Shown here: one piece after another, positions 51,047 through 59,639 of the stretch
How positions within the stretch are numbered: position 1 is the first letter of the stretch
Layout of the letters: each line of letters opens with the position of its first letter
Origin: Sedimentisphaerales bacterium
Lineage (GTDB): Bacteria; Planctomycetota; Phycisphaerae; Sedimentisphaerales; Anaerobacaceae
Assembly (NCBI GenBank): GCA_963708075.1
Contig: OY970194.1
Coordinates: 2,208,001-2,272,000 of the forward strand
DNA: 64,000 bases
Direction of reading: 5' to 3'
Program-made: the position numbers and the translations under genes
Notes under the pieces: generated by a model
Told to the model about the DNA's origin: nothing
What the model saw: only the letters and a program-made list of their open reading frames with translations
The model's database searches: none

Positions 51047-51981
51047 TTACTCGAACGGGCGGTCGAGGTCGAAATCGGGAAGGTAGCGGTGGCGGCTGTC
51101 GAGCTCCTGGATGAAGGCGTTTTCCAGGCCCAGCTCGACGGCGTAGTCGGTGATCTCGTCGTACTCGTGGACGGTCAAGGGCCGGTTGATCTCGGGATAT
51201 TGGGCGGCACGGTACTGGGGGGAGTACTGCGACATGATACTGACATGGGTGGCCGGGGAGAGTTTGGCCAGGAGGGCCAGACACTGCCGGCTGTTGTCCA
51301 CGGCGCCGGGCAGGACCAGATGGCGGACAAGCAGCCCGCGACGAGCGATGCCGTCCTCGTCCACCTCCAGGTGGCCCACCTGCTCCAGCATCTCACGGAG
51401 CACGCCGGGAATGATGTCGGCGTAATCGCCGGCGGTCGAGTAGCGCCGGGCCAGGTCATTGGACAGGTACTTGATATCCGGCAGATAGATATCGACAAGC
51501 CCGCGCACCTGCCGCAGCGAGTTCACGGAATCGTACCCGTTCGAATTGTACACGATGGGAATCGCCAGGCCCTTGTTCTTCGCCGCAACGATGGCGTCGG
51601 CCGCCTGACAGATCACGTGAGAAGGCGGAGACCAGGCTGATGTTGTGAGCCCCGGCCTCTTGGAGGCGCAGCATCTCGCCCGCAAGAGTTTCCGTCGTCA
51701 AGCTCTGCATCTGGCTCGCCCGGAAGTCCTGGCTGATTTGATGATTCTGGCAAAAGACACAGCGGAGATTGCACCCGGCGAAGAAGATGGTACCGGAGCC
51801 GCGCGTTCCCGAAATCGGCGGCTCCTCACCGAGGTGCAGCCCGGCATAAGAAATCAGCGCATCGCCGGCGACCCGGCAGAATCCGGTTCTCGCCTTCCAG
51901 CCGGTTCACGCCGCACCTGCGCGGGCAGCATTCGCAATGCAGCAGTTGATCTCTAAATCGTTGAATCATAGCCAGGGCCAT
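51047..51981 (-). CDS. Radical SAM protein (PflX-like activating-enzyme family), frameshifts near 51620 and 51885
   Basis: CECCPRRCGVNR, HLGEEPPISGTRGSGTIFFAGCNLRCVFCQN, VYNSNGYD, DIYLPDIKY, LLVRHLVLP and MSQYSP. Confidence 0.85.
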
Positions 51982-52118
51982 CTTACCACAAAACCCGCAG
52001 TCTGTCGTTCTCAGGACCGGCGGGGTGAGAATCATCATTATCCGTTGAGTTTTTCGCCCGCACGCACGTCTATCCTACATAGACGTAAGCACGAGCATTT
52101 GTTCGCTCTTGAAAGGAC

Positions 52119-52310
52119 GTGATGAACATGGGTCCCGGTCTTCCGCAACAATCGTCGTACGCCATCGGCTGGGGAACGCTGGCCCTGATCAACGCCGGGC
52201 TCGCCCAGGCCAAGAACCGCAGCGGCTTCAACTGGTTCCTCCTCTCGCTTCTGCTCGGCCCCATCGCCACCTTCCTCCTGGTCCTCACCGACCCCCTGCC
52301 CAGGCCCTGA
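52119..52310 (+). CDS. Small membrane protein
   Basis: GWGTLALINAGLAQAKNRSGFNWFLLSLLLGPIATFLLV has two hydrophobic helices. Confidence 0.7.
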   Translation: MMNMGPGLPQQSSYAIGWGTLALINAGLAQAKNRSGFNWFLLSLLLGPIATFLLVLTDPLPRP

Positions 52311-52415
52311 TCAAGCCGCTTTTGTACCGCCCAATTCGTATGGCTCCACGGGAGCGAAGTGGTGGCGAGCGAGGACCTGGCTTGTGTACCTCGAACAGAG
52401 GGAAAGAGCAAAAGG

Positions 52416-53723
52416 TCAATTTGAGTCCAGGACAACACGAAAACCGAGGCCAACGCTCCGGAAATCGGGTGAGAAGACGTGGCGATTGGCGGAGCGGCAG
52501 AACCGGGCGCCGACGATCCAACCACCGCCGCGACAGACACGAGATTGCCCGGAGGAGGCCCCGAACGGGTTGACAGTCTGCGCGTTTGCGTAGCCCGCAA
52601 ACCAGTCCGAACACCATTCATAGACGTTGCCATGCATATCATACAGGCCAAACGAGTTCGGCTTCTTCTGACCGACCGCGTGGGTCGTACTGCCGCTGTT
52701 GCCCGAGTACCACGCATATTCGCCCAACTGCGCATCGTTCAGGTCATCGCCGTAGCAGAACCGAGTCTTTGAGCCGGCCCGGCAAGCGTACTCCCACTCC
52801 GCCTCCGTGGGTAGCCTGCCTCCAATCTTCCGGCAACACGCTGCGGCCTCCTCCCATGAGACAGTCTCGACGGGCAGATTCTGCCCGCTGAGCTTGCTCG
52901 GCTTGGTCCCCATGGCGGCCAGATATTGCTCTTGAGTCACCTCGTATTTGCCGATGTAGAATGCCTTGGCAATTTGAACCGTGCGCACTGGTCCTTCGTC
53001 GCTATCCCTTCCCTTTTCGGAATCAGGAGAACCCATGTCGAAGCTCCCGGCCGGCATCAAAACAAACTCCATGCTGACCCCCTTGCCCAGATCGATCGTT
53101 TTGCCGGTCAGGGCAGGTCCGGCACCTGTCGGCGGTGCGGGCCGGCCCGTATCCGCTGCGCCTGGCGCGACAACCGTTACGGCTGGAACTGGAGCACCGC
53201 CCCCGGAAACGTTGGCCGCAGACGCGGCGAGGATGACCCTCTTCGGTTCGTCAGTTGACGGTTGCGGCTGATTGTTTTGCTTCTGAACCGAGGTGACCTT
53301 CTGTATCTGTTCCTGCACCTGACTCCTGAGCTTCTCTACCATGGCCCGGGCATCTGCAAGTTCCGCAAGGGTTGAATCTCTATCCCGAGTGAGTTGAGTC
53401 AACTGGTCTTTCAGGGTTGTCACCTCTTTCGCGGCCGCCCGAAGCTTATCATGGGCCTGGGTGACGGCGGCCAGCTTGGTCTTGACGCTCTCAAGGGATG
53501 CCGAGAGATCGTTGACCTTTGTCTTCAAGCCGCCTCTTTCTTTTTGTGTCGCCTCCAATTCGGCCTTAACCTTTTCAAGTTGGATGTTGACCTCTGCAAG
53601 AGTCGTCCTCGCCGCTTCGGCATTGGCTGCGCCCTGCTCGTTCTCAGCATCCTTGCAGCCGCTGAGAACGAGCAGGCAAAACAATGCGAGCAAGGCCAAG
53701 CGATGCGTGGCGGGACTGGCCAT
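52416..53723 (-). CDS. Lipoprotein with a coiled coil and a C-terminal FGE-sulfatase (C-type lectin fold) domain
   Basis: LSGC lipobox, long heptad region, FDMGS, YEVTQ, PVETVSW, RLPTEAEWEYACRAG, NSFGLYDMHGNVYEW and GFRVV. Confidence 0.9.
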   Translation of the reverse strand: MASPATHRLALLALFCLLVLSGCKDAENEQGAANAEAARTTLAEVNIQLEKVKAELEATQKERGGLKTKVNDLSASLESVKTKLAAVTQAHDKLRAAAKEVTTLKDQLTQLTRDRDSTLAELADARAMVEKLRSQVQEQIQKVTSVQKQNNQPQPSTDEPKRVILAASAANVSGGGAPVPAVTVVAPGAADTGRPAPPTGAGPALTGKTIDLGKGVSMEFVLMPAGSFDMGSPDSEKGRDSDEGPVRTVQIAKAFYIGKYEVTQEQYLAAMGTKPSKLSGQNLPVETVSWEEAAACCRKIGGRLPTEAEWEYACRAGSKTRFCYGDDLNDAQLGEYAWYSGNSGSTTHAVGQKKPNSFGLYDMHGNVYEWCSDWFAGYANAQTVNPFGASSGQSRVCRGGGWIVGARFCRSANRHVFSPDFRSVGLGFRVVLDSN

Positions 53724-54296
53724 CTCTCTATTCCTTTCTATTGTCGGAAATCAAGCGTCTAATGCTGATGATACGTCATAGGGCCCACAGACTTGGATAC
53801 CTATCGGCTGTTTCAATTGTACTTGGACGAACAGGTGGCGGCAATGGGAGTCTCCACTTCCTTTCCGGTTGCCTTCTCAAGCCTGCATCGGGGGGAGGAT
53901 CATACTTCGGTCTCGGGAGCTTTCCTGTCACGACGGTGACGGTGCGGAGGGGAATTCCGGGCGCTTTACGTTTCCTGGTCTTGAATTGAGGATGGCGTCC
54001 CAGCTATAGCAGGCGGTGCACAAATGGTTCGAAAAACGCACGATTCGCGCCACGGTTTAGAATGAAAAACGGCTGTTAAGTAGAAAAACTTTACTCCCGC
54101 CGGCACAAGGACTTACGTCAATTCGCCTGTCGCCGGCGCACAGAATTTTCGACCGATTCGCGCATCTCGGAGCATATATGGAGGGACGCGTTATTTCCCT
54201 CCGGCGGGCGGCGCATCGAGCCCGGCGCGGATCGGCCGGGAGCGGACCGATGCGTGGACGGCCCGCCAGCGTCAACCCGTGTTGGCAGGTACACGC

Positions 54297-54944
54297 ATGA
54301 GCGACCGCATGTTTCGCGTCCAAGTCTTCCTCGAAACCCATTTCGCCCCCCTCCTGCTCCTGTGTCGTCGGCTGCTCGTCGGCTACCCCTACCGCAAGAT
54401 CCCGCTGACGCAGGGCAAGTTCGCCCTCGTGGATCCGGAGGACTATGCCGCGCTCGCCCACCACAAGTGGTGTGCCGCCAGACAGGGCAACAGCTTCTAC
54501 GCCGTGCGCAGCGAGGGCGGCCGCCAGCTCCGCATGCATCGCGTGATCATGAATGCCCCCGCTGATAGGGTCGTCGACCACATCGACCACCAGGGCCTCA
54601 ACAACACCAAGCGCAACCTGCGCCCCTGCAACAAAGCCCAGAACGCGCACGATCAGCGCCCCCAGCAGGGCCGCTCATCCAAGTTCAAAGGAGTCTGCTG
54701 GAACAAGCGAGAGCAAAAGTGGTACTCGCGAATCCAGTACAACGGCCGCCCGCGCTCCCTCGGCCTGTTCGCCAACGAGCGTGACGCCGCCCGCGCCCTC
54801 CACGGCGAATATGCCTTCCTGAATCTCCCCCCCAAACCCTCCCTCCTGGCCGCTCTCAAACGAATCCTGACCCGCGGCCGATTCACGCCAACACGCACGG
54901 GTCCTCAACCACGCGTAACCAAGGTTGTGCCCAAGGATTCGTAG
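54297..54944 (+). CDS. HNH endonuclease with an AP2 domain
   Basis: IPLTQGKFALVD..DY, MHRVIM, VDHIDHQGLNN...NLR, SKFKGVCW and LGLFANERDAARA..HGEYAFLN; the AP2 helix looks shortened. Confidence 0.85.
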   Translation: MSDRMFRVQVFLETHFAPLLLLCRRLLVGYPYRKIPLTQGKFALVDPEDYAALAHHKWCAARQGNSFYAVRSEGGRQLRMHRVIMNAPADRVVDHIDHQGLNNTKRNLRPCNKAQNAHDQRPQQGRSSKFKGVCWNKREQKWYSRIQYNGRPRSLGLFANERDAARALHGEYAFLNLPPKPSLLAALKRILTRGRFTPTRTGPQPRVTKVVPKDS

Positions 54945-54965
54945 GGTGGGTTCTCAACCCACGCG
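54941..54965 (+). repeat. REP (GTAGGGTGGGTTCTCAACCCACGCG)
   Basis: GTAG tetranucleotide plus hairpin; four copies in two inverted pairs. Confidence 0.9.
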
Positions 54966-54971
54966 TCTCCA

Positions 54972-55126
54972 ATATCCCTATCAACCCGGTCAAGCTCGGC
55001 ATGGTTGCGGCCCCGACGGACTGGCCCTGGTCAACCTGCCACCGGTACCTCAGTGACGCCTTTTGCGGCCGACAGAGCCTTCTCAACCAACGCTCCGAGT
55101 TCGAGGGTATTTCTGGAGGTGAATGA
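54972..55126 (+). pseudogene. 3' remnant of a RAYT transposase gene
   Basis: Aligns by eye to about 56815-56969 (NPVK.G, DWPWST, SLLNQRSEFEGISGGE*). Confidence 0.85.
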
Positions 55127-55136
55127 AGGACTTTAA

Positions 55137-55161
55137 CGCGTGGGTTGAGAACCCACCCTAC
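55137..55161 (-). repeat. REP, inverted partner of 54941-54965
   Basis: cgcgtgggttgagaacccaccctac. Confidence 0.9.
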
Positions 55162-55229
55162 ATGCTCTGCTCCAGCGGAACAAATGGTTCGATGGCGGGC
55201 GGGCAGGCGAATAGCAGGCCGGTGCTCTC

Positions 55230-56042
55230 TCAGCGGGCAGGATTATAGCCTTGGCGCATGAATTCGAGATCGTCGGTCCCATCGTTGACGGGCCACTGGA
55301 TGGCTTTGGGATAGTCCACGTAGGTCATGGCCAGGGTGCTCTTCTGCCGCCACTGATGCTGGACGGCGTGACCGTCGGAGAAGCCCAGCACGCTGAGCGA
55401 GCCATGGCGCACGACGATCGGGTCCCACCAGCGGTCCCCCTGCTTCTCCAGGTTCCACGACCCCCAGTTCCAGCCGCCCACGTCGGTCTTCTCCTCGAGG
55501 AAGACATACTTCATGCCCGGATTCTTGATCTCCGTGAGCTTCTTATAGGAGGGATATCCCCAGTTCTGCATGAGCCAACTGGTCGCCCCGGTGCCGACGT
55601 CGCCGTTCATGCTGCCGGGAATGCCGTAACTGCGATGCGTCAACTCGCTGCGGTTTCTGCGGTCGCTGGGGCAGTGATAGAGATCGACCTCCCGCGCGTA
55701 GGGGAACAGGGCGCCGCGTTCGCAGCCGCGTTTCTGATCTTCCAGCCTGTCCGCGGCGATCGGCACCAGGGTCCCGTCCTCAGTCTGCGGCAGTTGCACC
55801 CAGTCATATTTTATGCTGGGCGAGCTGGTATGCCCGTCGTGGCCGCCAACGAGCTTGTGGTCGTTGTCCTGGGCGTACAGAATCCAGGCCAGCACGAGCT
55901 GGTGTTGATTCGAGAGGCACACGCTGCCCGCCGCCTGCCTCTTGATCCTCGAGAAGGCGGGGATCATAATACCCATCAACAGGGCGATGATGGCAATGAC
56001 GACCAGCAGCTCGATGAGCGTGAAACCGCATCGTCTCTTCAT
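55230..56042 (-). CDS. Prepilin-type N-methylation domain protein (H-X9-DG type)
   Basis: GFTLIELLVVIAIIALL, CLSNQHQL, YHCPSD and RHGSLSVLGFSDGH. Confidence 0.9.
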   Translation of the reverse strand: MKRRCGFTLIELLVVIAIIALLMGIMIPAFSRIKRQAAGSVCLSNQHQLVLAWILYAQDNDHKLVGGHDGHTSSPSIKYDWVQLPQTEDGTLVPIAADRLEDQKRGCERGALFPYAREVDLYHCPSDRRNRSELTHRSYGIPGSMNGDVGTGATSWLMQNWGYPSYKKLTEIKNPGMKYVFLEEKTDVGGWNWGSWNLEKQGDRWWDPIVVRHGSLSVLGFSDGHAVQHQWRQKSTLAMTYVDYPKAIQWPVNDGTDDLEFMRQGYNPAR

Positions 56043-56225
56043 AGCGGCGTCTCCCATAGTACCATCCTCACCGGTCCGGCCCGCGGCAACCGGCTCACCT
56101 TTCTCCCTCTCAGTCTACCAAACCCGCACAAATACACAAGAAAAGACTCCCCCAATCCACCGAATCTCTGACGGGAATACGGCCAATTCTGTCCGTGGTC
56201 CGCACCCGGCGTCCTCAGTTGTCGA

Positions 56226-56373
56226 GCCCTCTACGGTGAATACGCCTCCTCAACCTCCCCCCAAACCCTCCCTGTTGGCCACCATCAAACAAAGACTGAC
56301 CCGCCGCCGATCCACCCCGACACACACGCATTCTCAACAGGGAGCGACTACGGCCGTGTCCAAGAATTCGTAG
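56226..56373 (+). pseudogene. 3' remnant of a second HNH-AP2 gene
   Basis: Homologous to about 54796-54944 (ggtgaatacgcc, PPKPSLLA..K..LTR.R.TPT), ending at the same TAG inside the REP. Confidence 0.8.
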
Positions 56374-56394
56374 GGTGGGTTCTTAACCCACGCG
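56370..56394 (+). repeat. REP upstream of RAYT
   Basis: gtagggtgggttcttaacccacgcg. Confidence 0.9.
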
Positions 56395-56417
56395 TGATTT
56401 TGCAGAAGGATCGCGAT

Positions 56418-56969
56418 ATGTCCCATTATCGACGCGCCGATTCTCCAGGCGGCTGCTATTTCTTCACCGTCGTGACCTACGACAGGCGTCCGATCTTCGC
56501 CGAGGAGGCAGCCCGAGCCTGTTTGCGTCACGCGTGGCAGACGGTGAAGGAGCGCAAGCCCTTTGAGATCACCGCCCTGTGTCTCCTGCCGGAATACCTG
56601 CACTGCATCTGGAGACTGCCGCCCGACGATGCCGATTTCTCCAGCCGCTGGGCCGGCATCAAGGCGACCTTCACACGCGAGTACCTTCGCGCCGGCGGTC
56701 ACGACGTCGCTCGCAAGCCATCCCACCTGCGCAGCAATGAGGCCGCCATCTGGCAACGACGATTCTGGGAACACAAGATCCGTGATGAGCTCGACCTCAG
56801 CAGGCATATCAACTATATCCATTTCAACCCGGTCAAACACGGCTTAGTCACAGACCCAACCGACTGGTCCTGGTCAACCTACCACCAATACCTGCGCGAA
56901 GGCTACTACGGCCGACAATCCCTCCTCAATCAACGCTCCGAGTTCGAAGATATTTCCGGAGGCGAATAG
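56418..56969 (+). mobile_element. REP-associated tyrosine transposase (RAYT, Y1 HUH)
   Basis: YRR...GGCYFFTVVT, LPEYLHCIW, IWQRRFWEH.IRD, YIHFNPVKHG and DWSWST; flanked by inverted REPs. Confidence 0.93.
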
Positions 56970-56975
56970 CGGACA

Positions 56976-57884
56976 TTAACGCGTGGGTTGAGAACCCACC
57001 CTACATACTTGCGACCGACGGCGGACAGTTTGCGTCGCCGGTGGAACATTGTCACGCGATTTGCTCAGACCTGCAACACGACATCCACTTGAGGAATTGC
57101 AGATTCTACGGTGGCCGATCCCCTCCATTAATTCGTCCTTGAAATTGTAGACCAGCCTGTCCACTTCCCACGGCTCGCGCGCGGCATCTTCCGCAATCTG
57201 CCGGTAGAATTCTTCCTCCCCTGCATAGCTGTCGAAGTGGTATCCCAAGGCATTTGACAGGCTCTTAATGCGAGCGTCCACAGCAATCGACTGATGGAAA
57301 TCGGAATCATACGCATCCATCCAGATATTACGTGCGTACTTGTCGCCAATGCCATAAAACTGCTTCATGAAGCGGATCTTCGCGTCTGTACCTTTCTGAG
57401 CCAGTGCTCTGCTTTTCGCTCCCTTCAACCCACCCATGTTCTGAAGGATCGTCACATTACGGTTCAGGAGTTCCGCCTTTCGCAGGGGCCGATTCACCTT
57501 GGCATCGCGCAATATGCGTTCAATGTGCGCTCTGCGTTTGCTCTCCGACATTCGCATCAATACAGGAAACGTCACGCGACGATAATTGCATCGGTTATCG
57601 ATCAAACCGGCTCTTCCTCGTGAGTTGCCCCATGTGGAGAAGCTAAGGAGAAGGGCGTGCCAGATGAAGTCATCGAGGGCAAACCTTTCTTTGCCTTCGC
57701 GCTTCAAGGATGATAGTCTCCTGCGCATCTCGCGCGTGGGATTTCTGAGTAGAACTACCAACTTCTGGCGTCGTTGTTCTCGTCTCATTGATCTCCTCTT
57801 ATCTATCGCTCGACATAGGTCGGCTTGGCCTTCGGCGTGATTTCGGGGATGCCTTTTGACTTCCATCCGGCATCGTTGTGCCAC
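56976..57884 (-). CDS. Hypothetical protein with a helix-hairpin-helix glycosylase-like motif; start uncertain
   Basis: FMKQFYGIGDKYARNIW...IAVDARI...WEVDRLVY; lower GC than the core genes. Confidence 0.6.
   Translation of the reverse strand: MAQRCRMEVKRHPRNHAEGQADLCRAIDKRRSMRREQRRQKLVVLLRNPTREMRRRLSSLKREGKERFALDDFIWHALLLSFSTWGNSRGRAGLIDNRCNYRRVTFPVLMRMSESKRRAHIERILRDAKVNRPLRKAELLNRNVTILQNMGGLKGAKSRALAQKGTDAKIRFMKQFYGIGDKYARNIWMDAYDSDFHQSIAVDARIKSLSNALGYHFDSYAGEEEFYRQIAEDAAREPWEVDRLVYNFKDELMEGIGHRRICNSSSGCRVAGLSKSRDNVPPATQTVRRRSQVCRVGSQPTR
56980..57004 (-). repeat. REP downstream of RAYT
   Basis: cgcgtgggttgagaacccaccctac. Confidence 0.9.
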
Positions 57885-57910
57885 CGACTACGCGAATGGC
57901 AACCCAGGGT

Positions 57911-58636
57911 TCAGACGGTGCGCGGCCGAGGCACGTCTGCATATCGAATCCGGTCCATCACATGCCGGCTCAGGCACAGGCGAATGATGGCGGCCGTCAG
58001 ATCGCTGGCCTTTTGTCGGCCACCATGAAGTGGGCAGCGGCCGGCCTGGTCTGTTCTGTGCCGTGGGAGAATCGAGCGACGAACCTCCTCCAATGTCCCC
58101 TCGTCCACAGGCAAGCCCGCACCCGACATCGTTACGAACTCGTAGTAAGGCAGAATCCTTGTTGCGACCACCCAGCCCTTCCTGGCAGTCCCGCCGGAAC
58201 CTATATCGACGACCAGATACTCACACCCCTCCGCTAACAGGTCGGTGACGCGAATGCCAACGCCCGGCAGAACCTCTGTTACCTGGGCGAGCGTGTAGAA
58301 CGACTCCAGCATGGCCTTAAGCACGGCGTATTCCTCTGAGCCGGGGTCCGGATTCGCATTCGCGACGTACTGCTCGACGGCGTTGCCCGCCTTCGGGCGA
58401 AAATCGTGGATGCAATAGTCCATCAAGACGCTCATCTCGTCCTCAGATTCGAAGACCAGCGTGCCCCGCTGCCAAAGGCCGAGTTTCTTGGCACACGTCT
58501 CAAACGCCCGTCTCGGCAGATACTTGGGCAGGACCTCGCCATTCAGTTTCCGCCCAATCTGCCGCAACCGCCGATACCGCTCCACCCGCCGAGCTTCGTC
58601 GCCGCTCTTGAACAGCCAATCCATCATCCGTGTCAC
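57911..58636 (-). CDS. Hypothetical protein
   Basis: 241-aa ORF (AKKLGLW..GTLVFESEDEMSVLMDYCIHD) with no motif I can name. Confidence 0.65.
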   Translation of the reverse strand: MTRMMDWLFKSGDEARRVERYRRLRQIGRKLNGEVLPKYLPRRAFETCAKKLGLWQRGTLVFESEDEMSVLMDYCIHDFRPKAGNAVEQYVANANPDPGSEEYAVLKAMLESFYTLAQVTEVLPGVGIRVTDLLAEGCEYLVVDIGSGGTARKGWVVATRILPYYEFVTMSGAGLPVDEGTLEEVRRSILPRHRTDQAGRCPLHGGRQKASDLTAAIIRLCLSRHVMDRIRYADVPRPRTV

Positions 58637-58789
58637 TCCTGATCACAATTGCGAGACTCCTTCCCACACCGACCATCCGCTCGCAGTGTAGCACCGGCCA
58701 TCAGCAGGGGCAAACCCTACTTGGTTGCCCCTTGGTTCTCCTCGCGATAACACAGAGGGCAACGCCGCGCAGCACGGAGAAACGGCAGA

Positions 58790-58855
58790 GGCCGGCTCCT
58801 ATGCGGAACCGGCCCTTGTAAAGAACCCCTGGCAATCACCTACTCTGGCCGCAAA
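58790..58855 (-). repeat. Copy of the 5S rRNA 3' end plus terminator (copy B)
   Basis: ggccggctcc...ggaaccggccct...cctggcaatcacctactct matches 59973-60028. Confidence 0.85.
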
Positions 58856-58935
58856 TACTCTGCTGACAACCGCGTTCTCCAAGGACTCCAACTCGCCCGT
58901 GCGGACCGCGCAAACGTGACGGCATACTCAGCCAT
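58850..58935 (-). pseudogene. Truncated RelE/ParE-type toxin N-terminus
   Basis: MAEYAVTFARSAR/(shift)ELESLENAVVSRVFA; the start overlaps the upstream stop and the sequence ends in 5S copy B. Confidence 0.7.
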
Positions 58936-59119
58936 TGAGTTTGCCCTTGCGTTGCAGGCGTCTCTTTACCGAGGCCAGCGACTCGCGACGCTCATTCACT
59001 CGGCTTTGGGCGATCAGCGTGTCGTAGAAGTCCTCCCAGACATCCCCGAATTTCTTCAAATCGATGACGACCGCCTTCTCGGCGCCCTTATCAGCCACCA
59101 CGAATTCGATACCACTCAT
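58928..59119 (-). CDS. Putative antitoxin (63 aa)
   Basis: MSGIEFVVADKGAEKAVVIDLKKFGDVWEDFYD...; GAGG RBS; translationally coupled to the RelE remnant. Confidence 0.7.
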   Translation of the reverse strand: MSGIEFVVADKGAEKAVVIDLKKFGDVWEDFYDTLIAQSRVNERRESLASVKRRLQRKGKLNG

Positions 59120-59231
59120 AACAAACCACCTCTCTCCGGCCCCAGGTCGGACTGAGAGCCTTCAAAGGACTATTATGAAGCGGCCAGACATTCCGGGCAA
59201 GTAGTTTCCTGCAAGCCCCCGCGCAAAAGGA

Positions 59232-59308
59232 AAGCCCTGTCGAGGCTACCCGACAGGGCTTGTAAAAACTTCCTGGCCATCACCTACTCTCGCCGCAAAG
59301 CGACTACC
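59232..59308 (-). repeat. Variant copy of the 5S rRNA 3' end plus a different terminator (copy A)
   Basis: aagccctgtcg-aggctacc-cgacagggctt hairpin, then ttcctggccatcacctactctcgccgcaaagcgactacc. Confidence 0.85.
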
Positions 59309-59456
59309 CATTTCACCGCCATTCAGATGGCATATCCGGCGACTCACCGGCAGATTTGTGCTATCCCGGGGCATGGGTGCGGTGTGAAATGCCAGGTGAG
59401 CCGCGAATGCCTGCTCGGTCCCATCGATGAGCATACGCGGCCGGGACTGGGAAACG

Positions 59457-59639
59457 ATGAAAGAGAAGATAGTCGAAGACTGGCTCTCACTCGCTCAGTA
59501 CGATCTGGCAACCGCTTACATCGAATCCCGCTACACTGAGGACATTCAGGAGTTGGCCGCAATCCTGACCGAGGCAAAGGCCGGTGCGATTCTGAAATCT
59601 ACGCGCGAGGTGTTTGCATGGATCAGGTCGAAGCTGTAA
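59457..59639 (+). pseudogene. HEPN-domain protein with an apparent in-frame internal deletion
   Basis: EDWLSLAQYDLATA is fused directly to YIESRY...VFAWIRSKL; only 60 aa, and the central part expected in HEPN proteins is absent. Confidence 0.7.

Noticed and set aside
420..51890. Frameshifts in about eight genes (near 420, 5085, 6782, 14835, 19590, 42890, 43875, 51620 and 51885) as programmed frameshifting or mass pseudogenisation
   Set aside because: They hit unrelated genes including miaB and yebC, leave both halves undecayed, share no slippery motif, and several fall in short GC or dinucleotide runs. Read or assembly indels are the simplest explanation; raw reads would settle it.
53760..54290. 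Short ORFs and a caaggacttacg half-site upstream of HNH-AP2
   Set aside because: No recognisable protein motif, and only one arm of a possible palindromic recombinase site.
52416..57004. Complete DGR in the window
   Set aside because: No reverse transcriptase, avd or adenine-rich template repeat found; only the target-like gene is reported.
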